From the NCBI GenBank assembly GCA_964481435.1, contig CAYZTH010000001.1, forward strand, positions 7,992-71,991: a stretch of DNA of 64,000 bases. The letters run 5' to 3'. Below the pieces are notes generated by a model that had not been told where the DNA came from, searched no databases, and saw nothing but the letters and a program-made list of their open reading frames with translations. The stretch's first letter is position 1. Every line of letters begins with the position of its first letter. Made by a program: the position numbers and the translations under genes. This stretch comes from Candidatus Woesearchaeota archaeon. GTDB taxonomy: Archaea > Nanobdellota > Nanobdellia > Pacearchaeales > UBA284. This document shows, in pieces, positions 26,727 to 36,984 of this stretch.

Positions 26727-28189
26727 TTCTTTTTATTAATTCTAAAAATACTCTTTATTTTTCTTGCCGAGTAATTAACAAGGGCCTTTCTTTTTGTCCA
26801 AAAAACATACTTGAGAGTATAGGGAAGCAGAGGAAACTGTAGAATAAAACCCCTCAGGGTCAGCATCCTGAACAAAGAAAGATTATCTAGGAACTCTTCT
26901 TTTAGTTCATATAATTTCTCTAAACTATTCTCCGCAGTATATGCCGGAGTAGGCTTGTCAGACATCCAAAAATCATCCGTCATCATTCCTTTTTGTTTAG
27001 CAAGTTCATAGACCTGTGTTCCAGGATAGACTGTAAGTATGGCCCCGTCAGTATACGGGTGGTACTTTATTCTTTGCAGTTTCTTTATCAGATTAATTGT
27101 GTTTTTTATTGTTTTTTCATTTTCTCCAGGAAGCCCTATGATTATGAAGGGTTTGATATTTATTTTAGACTTCGCGAACATTTTGAATGCATTGATTATA
27201 TCCTCTTGATTTATCCCTTTATTTGCCATCCTCAAAATATCGTTGTCCCCGCTTTCAACGCCCAAAAGAACTCTCTTGAAATTAGCCCTTTCTAAGAATC
27301 TGATCATTCTCTCACTTAGTGGTTTTATCCTGCCACTAGCAATAAAATCTTTCTTTATACCTCTTCGGAGTATTTCTTTGCATATTTCAATTACTCTCTC
27401 ATTATCTACAAAAAGAGAGTCATCATGGAACCAGATTTCTTTTATTTGTGGAAATCTCTTGACCAAATATTCAATCTCGTCAACAACATTTTTTGGGCTC
27501 CTGAATCTGACTCTTCTTTTTGTCAGGGGATTTAGGGAACAGAAACTGCATTTGAAAGGACATCCCCTTGAACTTAGAATACATGCAGAATCGCGGGGAG
27601 TATTAAAAAAAAGTTCATGCTTCGGAAAAGGAAGACTATCCAAATCTTCAATAAGTTCTCTTGGCGGAGTCATTATAATTTTTCCTTTCTTAAAAAAAAC
27701 AATTCCTTTTATTTTTTTTGAATCAGCAGTCTTGCTCTTAACTATTTCTGTCAGAGTCAATTCTCCTTCTCCTAAGACAATGATTACATACGGATACTTT
27801 TTCAATAGTTGGTCATACATGACTGTTGCATGGATACCGCCCAAAATTATCTTTATTTTTGGATGGTTTTTGTGGATGTACTCTATTAGCATATAACTGC
27901 TTACCCTATTTGGGGTCAGCATCTGTATTCCAACAAAATCAGGAGAGAAAGAATTTATTTTTTCTATGACCTGGTTCTTACAGGTTTCATAATCAAGGTG
28001 ATTAAAGCATAGGCTCTCAACGGTAATCCCCTGAGATTCCAAATAAGAATGAAGATATGCAATTCCCAGAGCATAATGAGATTCTGCACCTAATTTCACG
28101 CCTTTTTTATTATCTTTTTTTGTAGTCATCAAGGATATTTCCTCAAAACTGCTTGTAACAAATAGGATTTTTTTGCCGGATTTTTTCAT
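26723..28189 (-). CDS. B12-binding radical SAM protein
   Basis: LGIAYL, ILGGIHAT, SRGCPFKCSFC, GVESG, IIGLPGE. Confidence 0.92.
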   Translation of the reverse strand: MKKSGKKILFVTSSFEEISLMTTKKDNKKGVKLGAESHYALGIAYLHSYLESQGITVESLCFNHLDYETCKNQVIEKINSFSPDFVGIQMLTPNRVSSYMLIEYIHKNHPKIKIILGGIHATVMYDQLLKKYPYVIIVLGEGELTLTEIVKSKTADSKKIKGIVFFKKGKIIMTPPRELIEDLDSLPFPKHELFFNTPRDSACILSSRGCPFKCSFCSLNPLTKRRVRFRSPKNVVDEIEYLVKRFPQIKEIWFHDDSLFVDNERVIEICKEILRRGIKKDFIASGRIKPLSERMIRFLERANFKRVLLGVESGDNDILRMANKGINQEDIINAFKMFAKSKINIKPFIIIGLPGENEKTIKNTINLIKKLQRIKYHPYTDGAILTVYPGTQVYELAKQKGMMTDDFWMSDKPTPAYTAENSLEKLYELKEEFLDNLSLFRMLTLRGFILQFPLLPYTLKYVFWTKRKALVNYSARKIKSIFRINKKN

Positions 28190-28228
28190 CAATATGGTAA
28201 AAAGGTTGCATTTAAAAGTGTTTTGAAA
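28174..28228. repeat. Duplicated promoter/start region of radical SAM paralog 1 (copy at 29986..30040)
   Basis: TGCCGGATTTTTTCATCAATAT and GCATTTAAAAGTGTTTTGAAA both recur exactly 1812 nt downstream. Confidence 0.85.
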
Positions 28229-28239
28229 GGCATAAAATT

Positions 28240-28518
28240 TTAAAATAGGCTAAAGACTCCCTTTTGGAAGACCAACGCGCCGCCAATCAAGAAGAAAAAT
28301 CCTGGAAGATTGAATACGAATGAGAGCAGGATGATTGCCGCAGCAAAAAAGTCGATTATGCTGGCTATGTTTATTGAAGCAATCGAGAATATGACTGATT
28401 TTATAAGGAGATAGACCGCACCGATGATTAAGACCGATTTCACAACATATGAAAAGAACGCAGAAAACATAAATAAAGAAACAAGTATGTCCAGGATTCC
28501 TAAAATCATTATGACCAT
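28240..28518 (-). CDS. Small hydrophobic membrane protein
   Basis: 92 aa, almost entirely hydrophobic. Confidence 0.7.
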   Translation of the reverse strand: MVIMILGILDILVSLFMFSAFFSYVVKSVLIIGAVYLLIKSVIFSIASINIASIIDFFAAAIILLSFVFNLPGFFFLIGGALVFQKGVFSLF

Positions 28519-28561
28519 GGTATTATGATTATTTTTCTTTTTAATTTTATTAATAGTTAAT

Positions 28562-30001
28562 TTAGAATAATCTGCCTTTTTTTAACAGAGTTTCCACTCT
28601 CCCAAAGAGATATTTCATTAAGTAAGGGAGTGTCTCGAATTGGGCTTTAAATCCTCTTGGAGTTATTATTCTATAAAATGAGAGGTTATCCGCGAGAATT
28701 TCCTCGAACTTTTTTAATTCTGCATAACTGTGTTCTGCAGTATATAGCGGAATCTCCTTATCCGTAAGCCAGAAATCATCATTGATAAATCCCTTGGACT
28801 TTGCAATTTCGTAAACTTCGGTTCCAGGATAAACAAATAGGATATTGAAGCATCTGGGATAAGATACATATTTTATTTTTTGTAACTTTTTTATGAATTT
28901 GGCGCTTTCATTTATTGTATGCAGATTTTCTCCAGGCAGACCAACAATTAGATATGTTTTAAGGTGTATTTTCGACTTTGAAAATAACTTAAATGCCTTA
29001 ATTATGTCCTCTTGATTTATCCCTTTATGGCAGGATCTTAGAAGTTCATTGTCTCCGCTTTCTATACCCAGTGTGACTCTTATGAAATTTGCTTCCTCAA
29101 GTTTTTTAACAACTTCGGCACTCAAGGGTTTAATTCTTCCGCTGCACACAAAATCCAGTTTTATTTTTCTTCTCATTATTTCGTTGCAGATGTCTATCAC
29201 CCGCTGATTATCAACAAAGAAGGAATCATCATTTATTGAGAGTTCTTTCATCTGAGGAAATTTCTTTACCATATACTCTATTTCATCAACGACTTTTATA
29301 GGGTCTCTGAATCTCACCGCCCTTTTAGATTCTGGATTCAAGCAGCAAAAACTGCAGGCAAAAGGGCATCCTCTTGCAGATAAAAGACTCCCGGTCCATC
29401 TTTTGCTACCCTTAAAGAATACTTCGTGTTTTGGAAAAGGCAGGCTATCTAGGTCTTTTATTAATTCCCTAGGTTTTGTTCTTGTTACTTTCTTATTTTT
29501 ATAAAATGCGATTCCATCAATTTTCTTAAGATTAGGTTTTTTCTTGTCTAATTCTTTAATTAATTCAAATAGAGTTATCTCTCCGTCCCCAAGGGCCACT
29601 ATTAAAAAGGGATATTTTTCTATCAGTTGCTTATACATTATTGTAGCATGTATTCCCCCGGCAATTATCTTAATCTTAGGATAATTTTTATGTATCCAGT
29701 CAATAAGATAGTATGTGCTGACTCTATTACAGGTTAACATTTGAAAGCCAACAAAATCTGGAGAGAAACTTTTTATTTTTTCAATTACTTCCCTGTAGCA
29801 GTCTTTATACGGTTTATGATTTAGCCAGAGAGTTTCAACTTCCATGTTCTTTGATTCAAGGTAAGAATGAATGTATGCGAGGCCAAGGGGATAATAAGTT
29901 TGCTCTCCGAAGTCTTCACTGACTTTCCCCTCTGGAACTAACGGAAGATCTTCAAAACTTGTCGTTATTAGCAATACCTTTTTTCTGCCGGATTTTTTCA
30001 T
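28562..30001 (-). CDS. B12-binding radical SAM protein (paralog)
   Basis: YPLGLAYI, AGGIHAT, ARGCPFACSFC, GIESG, IVGLPGE. Confidence 0.92.
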   Translation of the reverse strand: MKKSGRKKVLLITTSFEDLPLVPEGKVSEDFGEQTYYPLGLAYIHSYLESKNMEVETLWLNHKPYKDCYREVIEKIKSFSPDFVGFQMLTCNRVSTYYLIDWIHKNYPKIKIIAGGIHATIMYKQLIEKYPFLIVALGDGEITLFELIKELDKKKPNLKKIDGIAFYKNKKVTRTKPRELIKDLDSLPFPKHEVFFKGSKRWTGSLLSARGCPFACSFCCLNPESKRAVRFRDPIKVVDEIEYMVKKFPQMKELSINDDSFFVDNQRVIDICNEIMRRKIKLDFVCSGRIKPLSAEVVKKLEEANFIRVTLGIESGDNELLRSCHKGINQEDIIKAFKLFSKSKIHLKTYLIVGLPGENLHTINESAKFIKKLQKIKYVSYPRCFNILFVYPGTEVYEIAKSKGFINDDFWLTDKEIPLYTAEHSYAELKKFEEILADNLSFYRIITPRGFKAQFETLPYLMKYLFGRVETLLKKGRLF

Positions 30002-30142
30002 CAATATAATAAAAAGAACGCATTTAAAAGTGTTTTGAAAAGTATTAAACAGTCATTTTATTGGACTGGGAAAAATTATGTTGGGACATAATTATGAGAG
30101 ATAAGCCCCTAATATTAAGAGGTATTTACAGAATTATCCTAA

Positions 30143-32506
30143 TCAAATGACTTTTACATCTGGAAGAGGAACAATGAAATTTGTTCCTTTTTCAACTAAT
30201 TCTCTTTCTCTCTCCCTGAATCCCTTTACAAAACTGTATGGCAAGGCTAGTAGATAATCTGGTCTTTCGTGCCTTAATTTTGTTTCATCAAAGATGGGAA
30301 TCTCCGAACCAATCATGTACTTCCCGAATTTGAATGGATTTGAATCTGCAGCAGCTTGGACCAAGTTTGGCCCTATTCCGCAGAACTGCATGATGGTATT
30401 TCCTTTTGTAGAAGCACCATATATCCAAGTCTTTTTTCCTTCTCTTTTTATCCTTTCAAGCAAGGCTATCAGCTCTTGTTTTGTTCTGGTGATTCTTGCC
30501 ATGAATTCCGTATACGTTGAAGTATTGAATATGCCCCAATCCAATTCTTCATTAAGATTCTGCTGTAATCTCATGGTCCTTGGATATTTTAGATTTCCTT
30601 TTTTCTTGGCAAAAATCCTGAAACTTCCGCCATAAACATCATTTAACTGAACATCAAACAATTCGAGTCCTGCTTTCTCAAGAATCCACTTCATATTCTG
30701 CGTTCCATAATAGCCAACATGCTCATGAACAATATTGTCATACATATTAGTCTTAATCATTGCAGGAAGATAAGCCATTTGAATTATTACTGCACCATCT
30801 TCGTCTAAAATCTCACTTATGTCTTTACAGAACTTGATTGGGTCATGCTGATGATAGAATGTAGCAACACAAAAGACTAACTTCGCTTTATGATCAGAGA
30901 CGCTCTTAAAGTTTTCTGCACTGAAAAAGTCTTTTACTCTTTTGAATTTACTTGAATGAACCACACTTTCAACATTCTGTGCAGGGTCTATTCCTATTAA
31001 ATTATAATCACTAGCTGAGAAAAAGTCTAGAAGAGCCCCATCATTACAACCAATATCTAAAATTGTGTCATTTGAGTTCAAGTTCTTTAAGATTTTACCT
31101 GAATTTGCAACATCTTCAAGTATCTTTTTCATAGAAGAATTAGAAGTACTTGTGTAAGGATATTGTTTGTACATGTTCAATAAAGAATAATTATATGCTA
31201 ACTGAAGTGTACCACACTCTTTATCGCTTGACTTGACACACTGCATAATTTTAAGTGAAGATTTTTTTAATTTATCTCTATAATCTAAATTATCTGGAAA
31301 GATTGAAGAAAGATACTGCTCTCCTAAGTCTATGCAAGGAATAATGTTTTTATTACCACAGAATCGGCATTCGGTTATTTGTTTCTTAGGTTCTTTTAAT
31401 TTTTGTTTCATAAAGTCTATAACCCCTCTTGCATCAGGGTAGTCTGGTGAATTATTCATTGGTTCTTGAATGTCAACAAAGCCATCAAATGAAATGTCTA
31501 AATCAAGTTCTTTAACCAAATCTTTTAAGACAATAGAGTTCTTTGCACCAACTTCAATAATGCCTTTTCTATCAAGATTCTTAGCAATCCATTCACCAAC
31601 CCATTCAACAGGTGCGAAAGCATACTTGCTTCGACCATCAATATAGACTTTAGAATCATTAAGCATACCGATTAAAACCCCTTTATTCAATCCTTCGCCA
31701 TACATCGCGCTCAATCTCACAATCAAAGATTCACCATTCATAGCAACTATCATTTCGGCTTCAAGTTTATTCCTTCCATAAACAGTATCAAGTTGAGTTC
31801 TTGCCGAAAGTGTGCTGATTTGGATAAACTTCTGGAATTTGACGCCCTCAAAAATGTTCTTGGTCTTTTCAACTGTCTCTTTATAGTCCCACTCTGGATT
31901 TTGTTCTGCTTTAAATCTCGAAGAAGGCATAGCACAATTAATTACATAATCAAAACTCTTTCCAAGCACGCTGTCATAATTTTCTAATGTGACTGGTGTG
32001 ACATTATGTCCTAGCTTATTTAATGCTTTTAGAATTTGAGAACCGACAAAGCCATTTGCACCGAACAATGCTACTGTTTTCTTCAATCTTTGTTTGGTGA
32101 CATTCTCATGTATTATTGGTGGATTGCAAGTGTCCCAGGGTTTTGATAGCATAGCTATGGCCGTAACGGGGGTTATTGCATGAAAAGCATGAGCGACTCC
32201 AGGAGAAGCGAAAGTACATTCTCCCTTACCCATATGTATTACCTGTTCCTTAGCATCTGGGCTCTCTTTAAGGACCATTATCCCAGAACCCTCTACCACC
32301 AAGAAATATTCAGTGAATTCTGGATGCATATGATTTCCCCTGCTTGCGCCAGGAGTAAAATAGAGCATGTTGAACTCTTTAATGTCCGTTTCAGGGGTCC
32401 AGGTAAAGATTCCCCCCCTGCCGTCAATAACTGTATTAATATTACAGTTTGGTTTCAAAAGCCCAAACTTCTTTTTAGGTTCGTCTGTCTTTTTTTTATC
32501 TACCAT
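30143..32506 (-). CDS. Fusion: sugar cupin + NAD(P)-dependent reductase/epimerase + NDP-hexose C-methyltransferase
   Basis: DGRG..RGNHMH..HAF; LFGANGFVG..YGRNK; CRFCG..LDIGCNDG..YDNIVHEH..YGASTKGNT. Confidence 0.85.
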   Translation of the reverse strand: MVDKKKTDEPKKKFGLLKPNCNINTVIDGRGGIFTWTPETDIKEFNMLYFTPGASRGNHMHPEFTEYFLVVEGSGIMVLKESPDAKEQVIHMGKGECTFASPGVAHAFHAITPVTAIAMLSKPWDTCNPPIIHENVTKQRLKKTVALFGANGFVGSQILKALNKLGHNVTPVTLENYDSVLGKSFDYVINCAMPSSRFKAEQNPEWDYKETVEKTKNIFEGVKFQKFIQISTLSARTQLDTVYGRNKLEAEMIVAMNGESLIVRLSAMYGEGLNKGVLIGMLNDSKVYIDGRSKYAFAPVEWVGEWIAKNLDRKGIIEVGAKNSIVLKDLVKELDLDISFDGFVDIQEPMNNSPDYPDARGVIDFMKQKLKEPKKQITECRFCGNKNIIPCIDLGEQYLSSIFPDNLDYRDKLKKSSLKIMQCVKSSDKECGTLQLAYNYSLLNMYKQYPYTSTSNSSMKKILEDVANSGKILKNLNSNDTILDIGCNDGALLDFFSASDYNLIGIDPAQNVESVVHSSKFKRVKDFFSAENFKSVSDHKAKLVFCVATFYHQHDPIKFCKDISEILDEDGAVIIQMAYLPAMIKTNMYDNIVHEHVGYYGTQNMKWILEKAGLELFDVQLNDVYGGSFRIFAKKKGNLKYPRTMRLQQNLNEELDWGIFNTSTYTEFMARITRTKQELIALLERIKREGKKTWIYGASTKGNTIMQFCGIGPNLVQAAADSNPFKFGKYMIGSEIPIFDETKLRHERPDYLLALPYSFVKGFRERERELVEKGTNFIVPLPDVKVI

Positions 32507-32580
32507 TTCTTTTTCAGTTTATATCGGTTTTTAAGGTTTTATGTTATCAATTGCAATATTTGAAATTATTCAATAAAAAA

Positions 32581-33726
32581 TCATTTTCCTATAAATTCCT
32601 CAAAAATCTTTTTGCCCCACTTCTCCAAAGATAATTTTTTTACCTCTTTTATGGAATTCAGTATAATCCTTTTCTTTTTTGTTTCATTTTCTAAGAGATT
32701 TACTATTTTATTAGCATCATGTTTGCCAAAAGAATCCAGAATAAGCCCATTTTTTCCATTAGTAATTATCTCCGGTTCTGCACTTTTTGCGCAGACTATC
32801 AGGCATCCTGAAGCCATTGCCTCCGAGACAACCAATGTAGGAGCGCCGCCTTCGTATCTTGACAAGCAAAAAAAGATATTTGAAGCATTGTAATAGTAGG
32901 GAATCTTTTCTCTGGGCACATTCTCCAAAAATAGTATAAATTTTTTGTTAAGCAGATGTCCCACTTTTCTTTTATCTGCACCGATGATGATAAGCCCGAA
33001 ATTTTTATTTAGGTGATGGATTTCCTCTGAGAGGTTGATAGCCCTATCCAATCCTTTTGTCCAAAAACCTCCACGGCCAATATAGAGCCCATAGGTCTTA
33101 TCTTTATCAAGGTCAAGCCGGTCCTTGATAATCTTCGTGTTCCTTATTTTAAATCCCTCTAAATTGACGCCAGTCCTGATAACTTCCATATCCCTATTGA
33201 TCTTATAGAGCGTTCTTAGTTGTTTTTTCACCTTTTCAGAAACACATATTATTTTGTCTGCTTTTTTTATGGGGGGCATCTCCAAATAGTATCCAAAAAG
33301 AAGCAAAGGCAATAAAATTATTCTTTTTATTATCCCGAATCTCATCGTGCTATTTTTCAAAAAATAATACGCACTGCCATGATATGTATGGACAATCTTT
33401 TGGCCAGGCTTCTTTTTGTAGTCCTTTAACCAGTAACCCCAAACTCCATGAGAGTTTATGATGTCAAAAGTATTCTCCCTCAAGTATGATTTTACTTTTC
33501 TGTTGAATATGATATCATTCAGAAAAGGGATTTTTGTCGATTTTATCTCAATATAAGAGATACCTCCTGCAGAATAGCTCTTGTTCTTTTCTCCACCATA
33601 TACCCAGGTTATATCTGTTTCTCTGTTTACTGATTTGAGGTACTCAATTAAATTCTTTTTAAATACCGAAACTCCTCCATTAAAAGAAGGATTTGAACCG
33701 ACAAAACAGATTTTTAATTTTTTCAT
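32581..33726 (-). CDS. Glycosyltransferase family 4
   Basis: HTYHG, ICVS, KGLD, SRYEGGAPTLVVSEAMASG. Confidence 0.9.
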   Translation of the reverse strand: MKKLKICFVGSNPSFNGGVSVFKKNLIEYLKSVNRETDITWVYGGEKNKSYSAGGISYIEIKSTKIPFLNDIIFNRKVKSYLRENTFDIINSHGVWGYWLKDYKKKPGQKIVHTYHGSAYYFLKNSTMRFGIIKRIILLPLLLFGYYLEMPPIKKADKIICVSEKVKKQLRTLYKINRDMEVIRTGVNLEGFKIRNTKIIKDRLDLDKDKTYGLYIGRGGFWTKGLDRAINLSEEIHHLNKNFGLIIIGADKRKVGHLLNKKFILFLENVPREKIPYYYNASNIFFCLSRYEGGAPTLVVSEAMASGCLIVCAKSAEPEIITNGKNGLILDSFGKHDANKIVNLLENETKKKRIILNSIKEVKKLSLEKWGKKIFEEFIGK

Positions 33727-33736
33727 GTTTATAATG

Positions 33737-34876
33737 TTATTTTCCTGATAATTTAAGATAGAGTTCTTTTGTCCTTTTTCCAATTTCATCCCAATTATTC
33801 TTTTTCCAGTATTTCTCTGACTGAACTTTCAGATATTTTGTCTTTGATGGGCTGTCCAATAGTTCATTTATTTTTTTTACAAGATCAACAGAATCATCTT
33901 CCTTGAAAGTATCTATACATCCTTCTTCTTTCTTGAGGATTACAAAAGAAGGAATATCTGCAGACAGAGTAGGGACTTGATAAGCCAATTGCATGGCCAT
34001 GGTTGAAGAGAGGAAGTCTCCTCCTCCTTGGGTATGAAGATTTATCCCAACATCTGCAGCATTGAGAAAAAGAGGCATTTGTTCATCAGGAACAAAACCC
34101 AGAAGTTTGACTCGGTCTTTAATTTGCAATTCATCGATTTTCTTTACTATACGGTCATAGACTATTTGGTCTTTTGCCAATTGCACTTTTCCAATAATCA
34201 AAAGTATTGTATTTTGGTCTAATTTTTTTATAGCCTCTAAGACCATATCATAGTTTTTAGAGCCCCGGATATAGCCGAGCAAGATTAGAACCTTCTTTCC
34301 ATGATATCCCAGCTTATCTTTGCACTTCTCTTCATCTAATCTTTTCATATTTGTTGGAAGTCCAAGAGGGAGAGTCACTATCTTATCTTTGTCAATTTTC
34401 CATTCCTCTATATTTATCCTCTCTCCATTCTTTGAGTGCGTGATGAATTGGTCAACAAATAATTTTAAGAATACATAAATGAACTTGTAGTAATAGAAAA
34501 GCAGCTTCTCTTTTTTACCTCCGTCCATAGCATAATACTTTGAAGGAGAATCATGCAGCGCCATGACAATTTTTGCCTTTGTGAGCATTTTTAGCCAAGC
34601 TAGAAAAGGGATTATATAAATGCCAACAAATTTTCCCAAGCATTTACCAAATATCCCTATATGGAATTGGATATGTATTATATCTTCTTTTGAAGTTCCT
34701 TTTGCGGCCTTCCTTGCTATGTTTATGAAGTGAAAGGGGTTTGAGGAGGTTTGGTCTTTTATTTCTATAATCTCGGGTTCAATACCGGCCTTTTTCAGAG
34801 CATCTGCAAGCTGTTTTGCATGTTCTGCAATACCACATCTTGTTGGAGGATATGTTGACACAAGTTTTATTTTCAT
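33737..34876 (-). CDS. Glycosyltransferase family 4
   Basis: STYPPTRCGIAEH, GYIRGSKNY, GFVPDE. Confidence 0.85.
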   Translation of the reverse strand: MKIKLVSTYPPTRCGIAEHAKQLADALKKAGIEPEIIEIKDQTSSNPFHFINIARKAAKGTSKEDIIHIQFHIGIFGKCLGKFVGIYIIPFLAWLKMLTKAKIVMALHDSPSKYYAMDGGKKEKLLFYYYKFIYVFLKLFVDQFITHSKNGERINIEEWKIDKDKIVTLPLGLPTNMKRLDEEKCKDKLGYHGKKVLILLGYIRGSKNYDMVLEAIKKLDQNTILLIIGKVQLAKDQIVYDRIVKKIDELQIKDRVKLLGFVPDEQMPLFLNAADVGINLHTQGGGDFLSSTMAMQLAYQVPTLSADIPSFVILKKEEGCIDTFKEDDSVDLVKKINELLDSPSKTKYLKVQSEKYWKKNNWDEIGKRTKELYLKLSGK

Positions 34877-35025
34877 TTCATTTTTTTATGCCAGAGGCAT
34901 CCGCCTATTTATTTTTTTCTTGCAGATTCGTGCCAGAAGACACGGGCAAGATTTAATTTGTTCGATAATAATGCGCTTCTTTTTACATATAAATACTTCA
35001 TTCTTTCTTGTGTGGATTTTATTTT

Positions 35026-35853
35026 CTAATTTAGATAGTATCCTAGCAAGAAAGGCACTGCCCTCAAAGCTCTTAAAAAAAAGCTTTTGAAACTTACGCT
35101 AAATGATCCTGCATGTATGTTCCTCGGCCTATTCTTGCTTTTTATAAGTTCAGTATAATATCCAGACCTTACCAAGATTTTATTATTTTTTCCGTATCTA
35201 TAATTTTTCTTGAATAATTGTATGAGATTTTCCGGTTCCATATGATAAACCGCATGGTCAAGTTTCCCTGTCCTGTTGGAAAGTTTTGAAAATTCATAGA
35301 ATGTTATTGCATGATCTTGTGAGACAACAAAAGGAATGACTTTTTTTGGAATGTTCTTCATAGCTCTGATTAATAAATCTCGTCTATAAAATCTTGGCAG
35401 GATTACTCCTCCAACAGGATTAAGATATTTCTCAGGGTACTTTTGAGTAAGAACCCTGTCTGCATCAAATAAAGAGGGTAAGAATTTTTGTTTGTTGTAT
35501 GCCCTTTCTTCCAACCATAAGGAATCGAAGCTGTTCATCAATCCGACTGCTCTTTCCACAGCAGTCTTATCTAGGATCTGATCCGAATCAAGCAGAAGGA
35601 CAAAATCTCCCTTGCTTGCCGAAGCTCCAAGATATCTTGAACCAAGAAGCAATCCAGGATATTTTATTATCTTGCACCCATAATCTCTTGCGATGTCCAG
35701 GGTTTTATCTTTGCTTCCGCTGTCAATGACTATTATTTCAATCTTGGTATATGATTGGGCTTTTACCGCGTCTAAACATTTCTTCATAGTTCTCTCGCTG
35801 TTAAAAGTGGGGATGTTTACAGAAACTAGGGGCAATTTATTTGTTTTCTTCAT
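35026..35853 (-). CDS. Glycosyltransferase family 2
   Basis: VSVNIPTFNSE, IDSGSKDKT, LLDSD. Confidence 0.9.
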   Translation of the reverse strand: MKKTNKLPLVSVNIPTFNSERTMKKCLDAVKAQSYTKIEIIVIDSGSKDKTLDIARDYGCKIIKYPGLLLGSRYLGASASKGDFVLLLDSDQILDKTAVERAVGLMNSFDSLWLEERAYNKQKFLPSLFDADRVLTQKYPEKYLNPVGGVILPRFYRRDLLIRAMKNIPKKVIPFVVSQDHAITFYEFSKLSNRTGKLDHAVYHMEPENLIQLFKKNYRYGKNNKILVRSGYYTELIKSKNRPRNIHAGSFSVSFKSFFLRALRAVPFLLGYYLN

Positions 35854-35862
35854 TTTTAATTT

Positions 35863-36930
35863 TTATTTAGATTTATGTTCATTATCTAGTTTAATTTTCA
35901 AAAATAATTTATCGTATTCATCTGCTTTTTTATTCCAATCAAAGTTCTTACTGAAAGAAAGGGCATTTTTTCCCATTTTTTTTCTAAGGGCCCTATTAGC
36001 AATTAAAATTTTGGCCTTCTCCTTGAATTCTTCATAATTATTGACTAAAAATCCGGTTTTATTACCCTGGACAACTTCTGGAATTGAAAAGACATTATAT
36101 CCTATACTCGGTTTTGCACAGGCCCCGGCTTCAATGAATATTAATCCAAAACCCTCCCATTTTGATGCAGAAACAAAAAAACTGCACTCTTGATAGAGTT
36201 TAATCAATTTTTTTCTGCTGATTCTTCCTAGGAATTCTACTTTGTTAGCACCTATCTCTTTTGCATAATTTTCAAGCCTTTTAGTTAGAGGACCATCTCC
36301 CGCTATCTTTAATTTGAAATTCAAGTCTTTGCTTAGTTTTATTACTTCATCGACTCTTTTATGTGGTTCGTGTCTTCCCACAAAGAGCATAAATTCTTTA
36401 TCCTGATAACTGGGTTTGAACTCGCTTGATATTCCATCATAGATAATCTCTATTCTTTTATCACTGACTCCTTTTCTCTTCAATTCCCATTTTATGCTCT
36501 TTGATATAGCAATTATCTTAGGAACAAATCTTAAAAGGAAATTATTTGTTGAAACTGCCCAGGCCCTCATGAATCTTCTAAATCCTTTTTCAGTGTTTCC
36601 ATAAGCAGGGGATCCATTATATGTGACTACTAGGTTTTTTCTCCATAGTGCTAGGTTTAACAGAAAATGATGCAAATTGACAAGGTCATATCCCTCTGTA
36701 GCTTTCTTTAAAGAGGCAAGTTTGTTCAAAAATAAGAAATCTTTCCAGGTCTTGGTGACTAATTTTCTTCCAGAAACAAGTTTTATCTTAAAGTTCTCTT
36801 CTGGGAAATCTGCATCAAAGGTTATTACATCCACCTCATGTTTTTTTCCGATTCTTCTTGCGATTTCGTATAGTGCAGTGTCTGCGCCACGCCCTCTTAA
36901 AAAAGTATCATTTACAAAAGCGATTTTCAT
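35863..36930 (-). CDS. Glycosyltransferase family 4
   Basis: FVGRHEPHK, SKWEGFGLIFIEAGAC. Confidence 0.92.
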   Translation of the reverse strand: MKIAFVNDTFLRGRGADTALYEIARRIGKKHEVDVITFDADFPEENFKIKLVSGRKLVTKTWKDFLFLNKLASLKKATEGYDLVNLHHFLLNLALWRKNLVVTYNGSPAYGNTEKGFRRFMRAWAVSTNNFLLRFVPKIIAISKSIKWELKRKGVSDKRIEIIYDGISSEFKPSYQDKEFMLFVGRHEPHKRVDEVIKLSKDLNFKLKIAGDGPLTKRLENYAKEIGANKVEFLGRISRKKLIKLYQECSFFVSASKWEGFGLIFIEAGACAKPSIGYNVFSIPEVVQGNKTGFLVNNYEEFKEKAKILIANRALRKKMGKNALSFSKNFDWNKKADEYDKLFLKIKLDNEHKSK

Positions 36931-36984
36931 GAAGAATAAAACCAGATATATTTTATAAATCTATATTTTTGCGTTTTGTTCTGT

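Noticed and set aside
30074..30093. AATTATGT-TGGG-ACATAATT hairpin
   Set aside because: Isolated AT-rich stem, plausible by chance or as a simple terminator.
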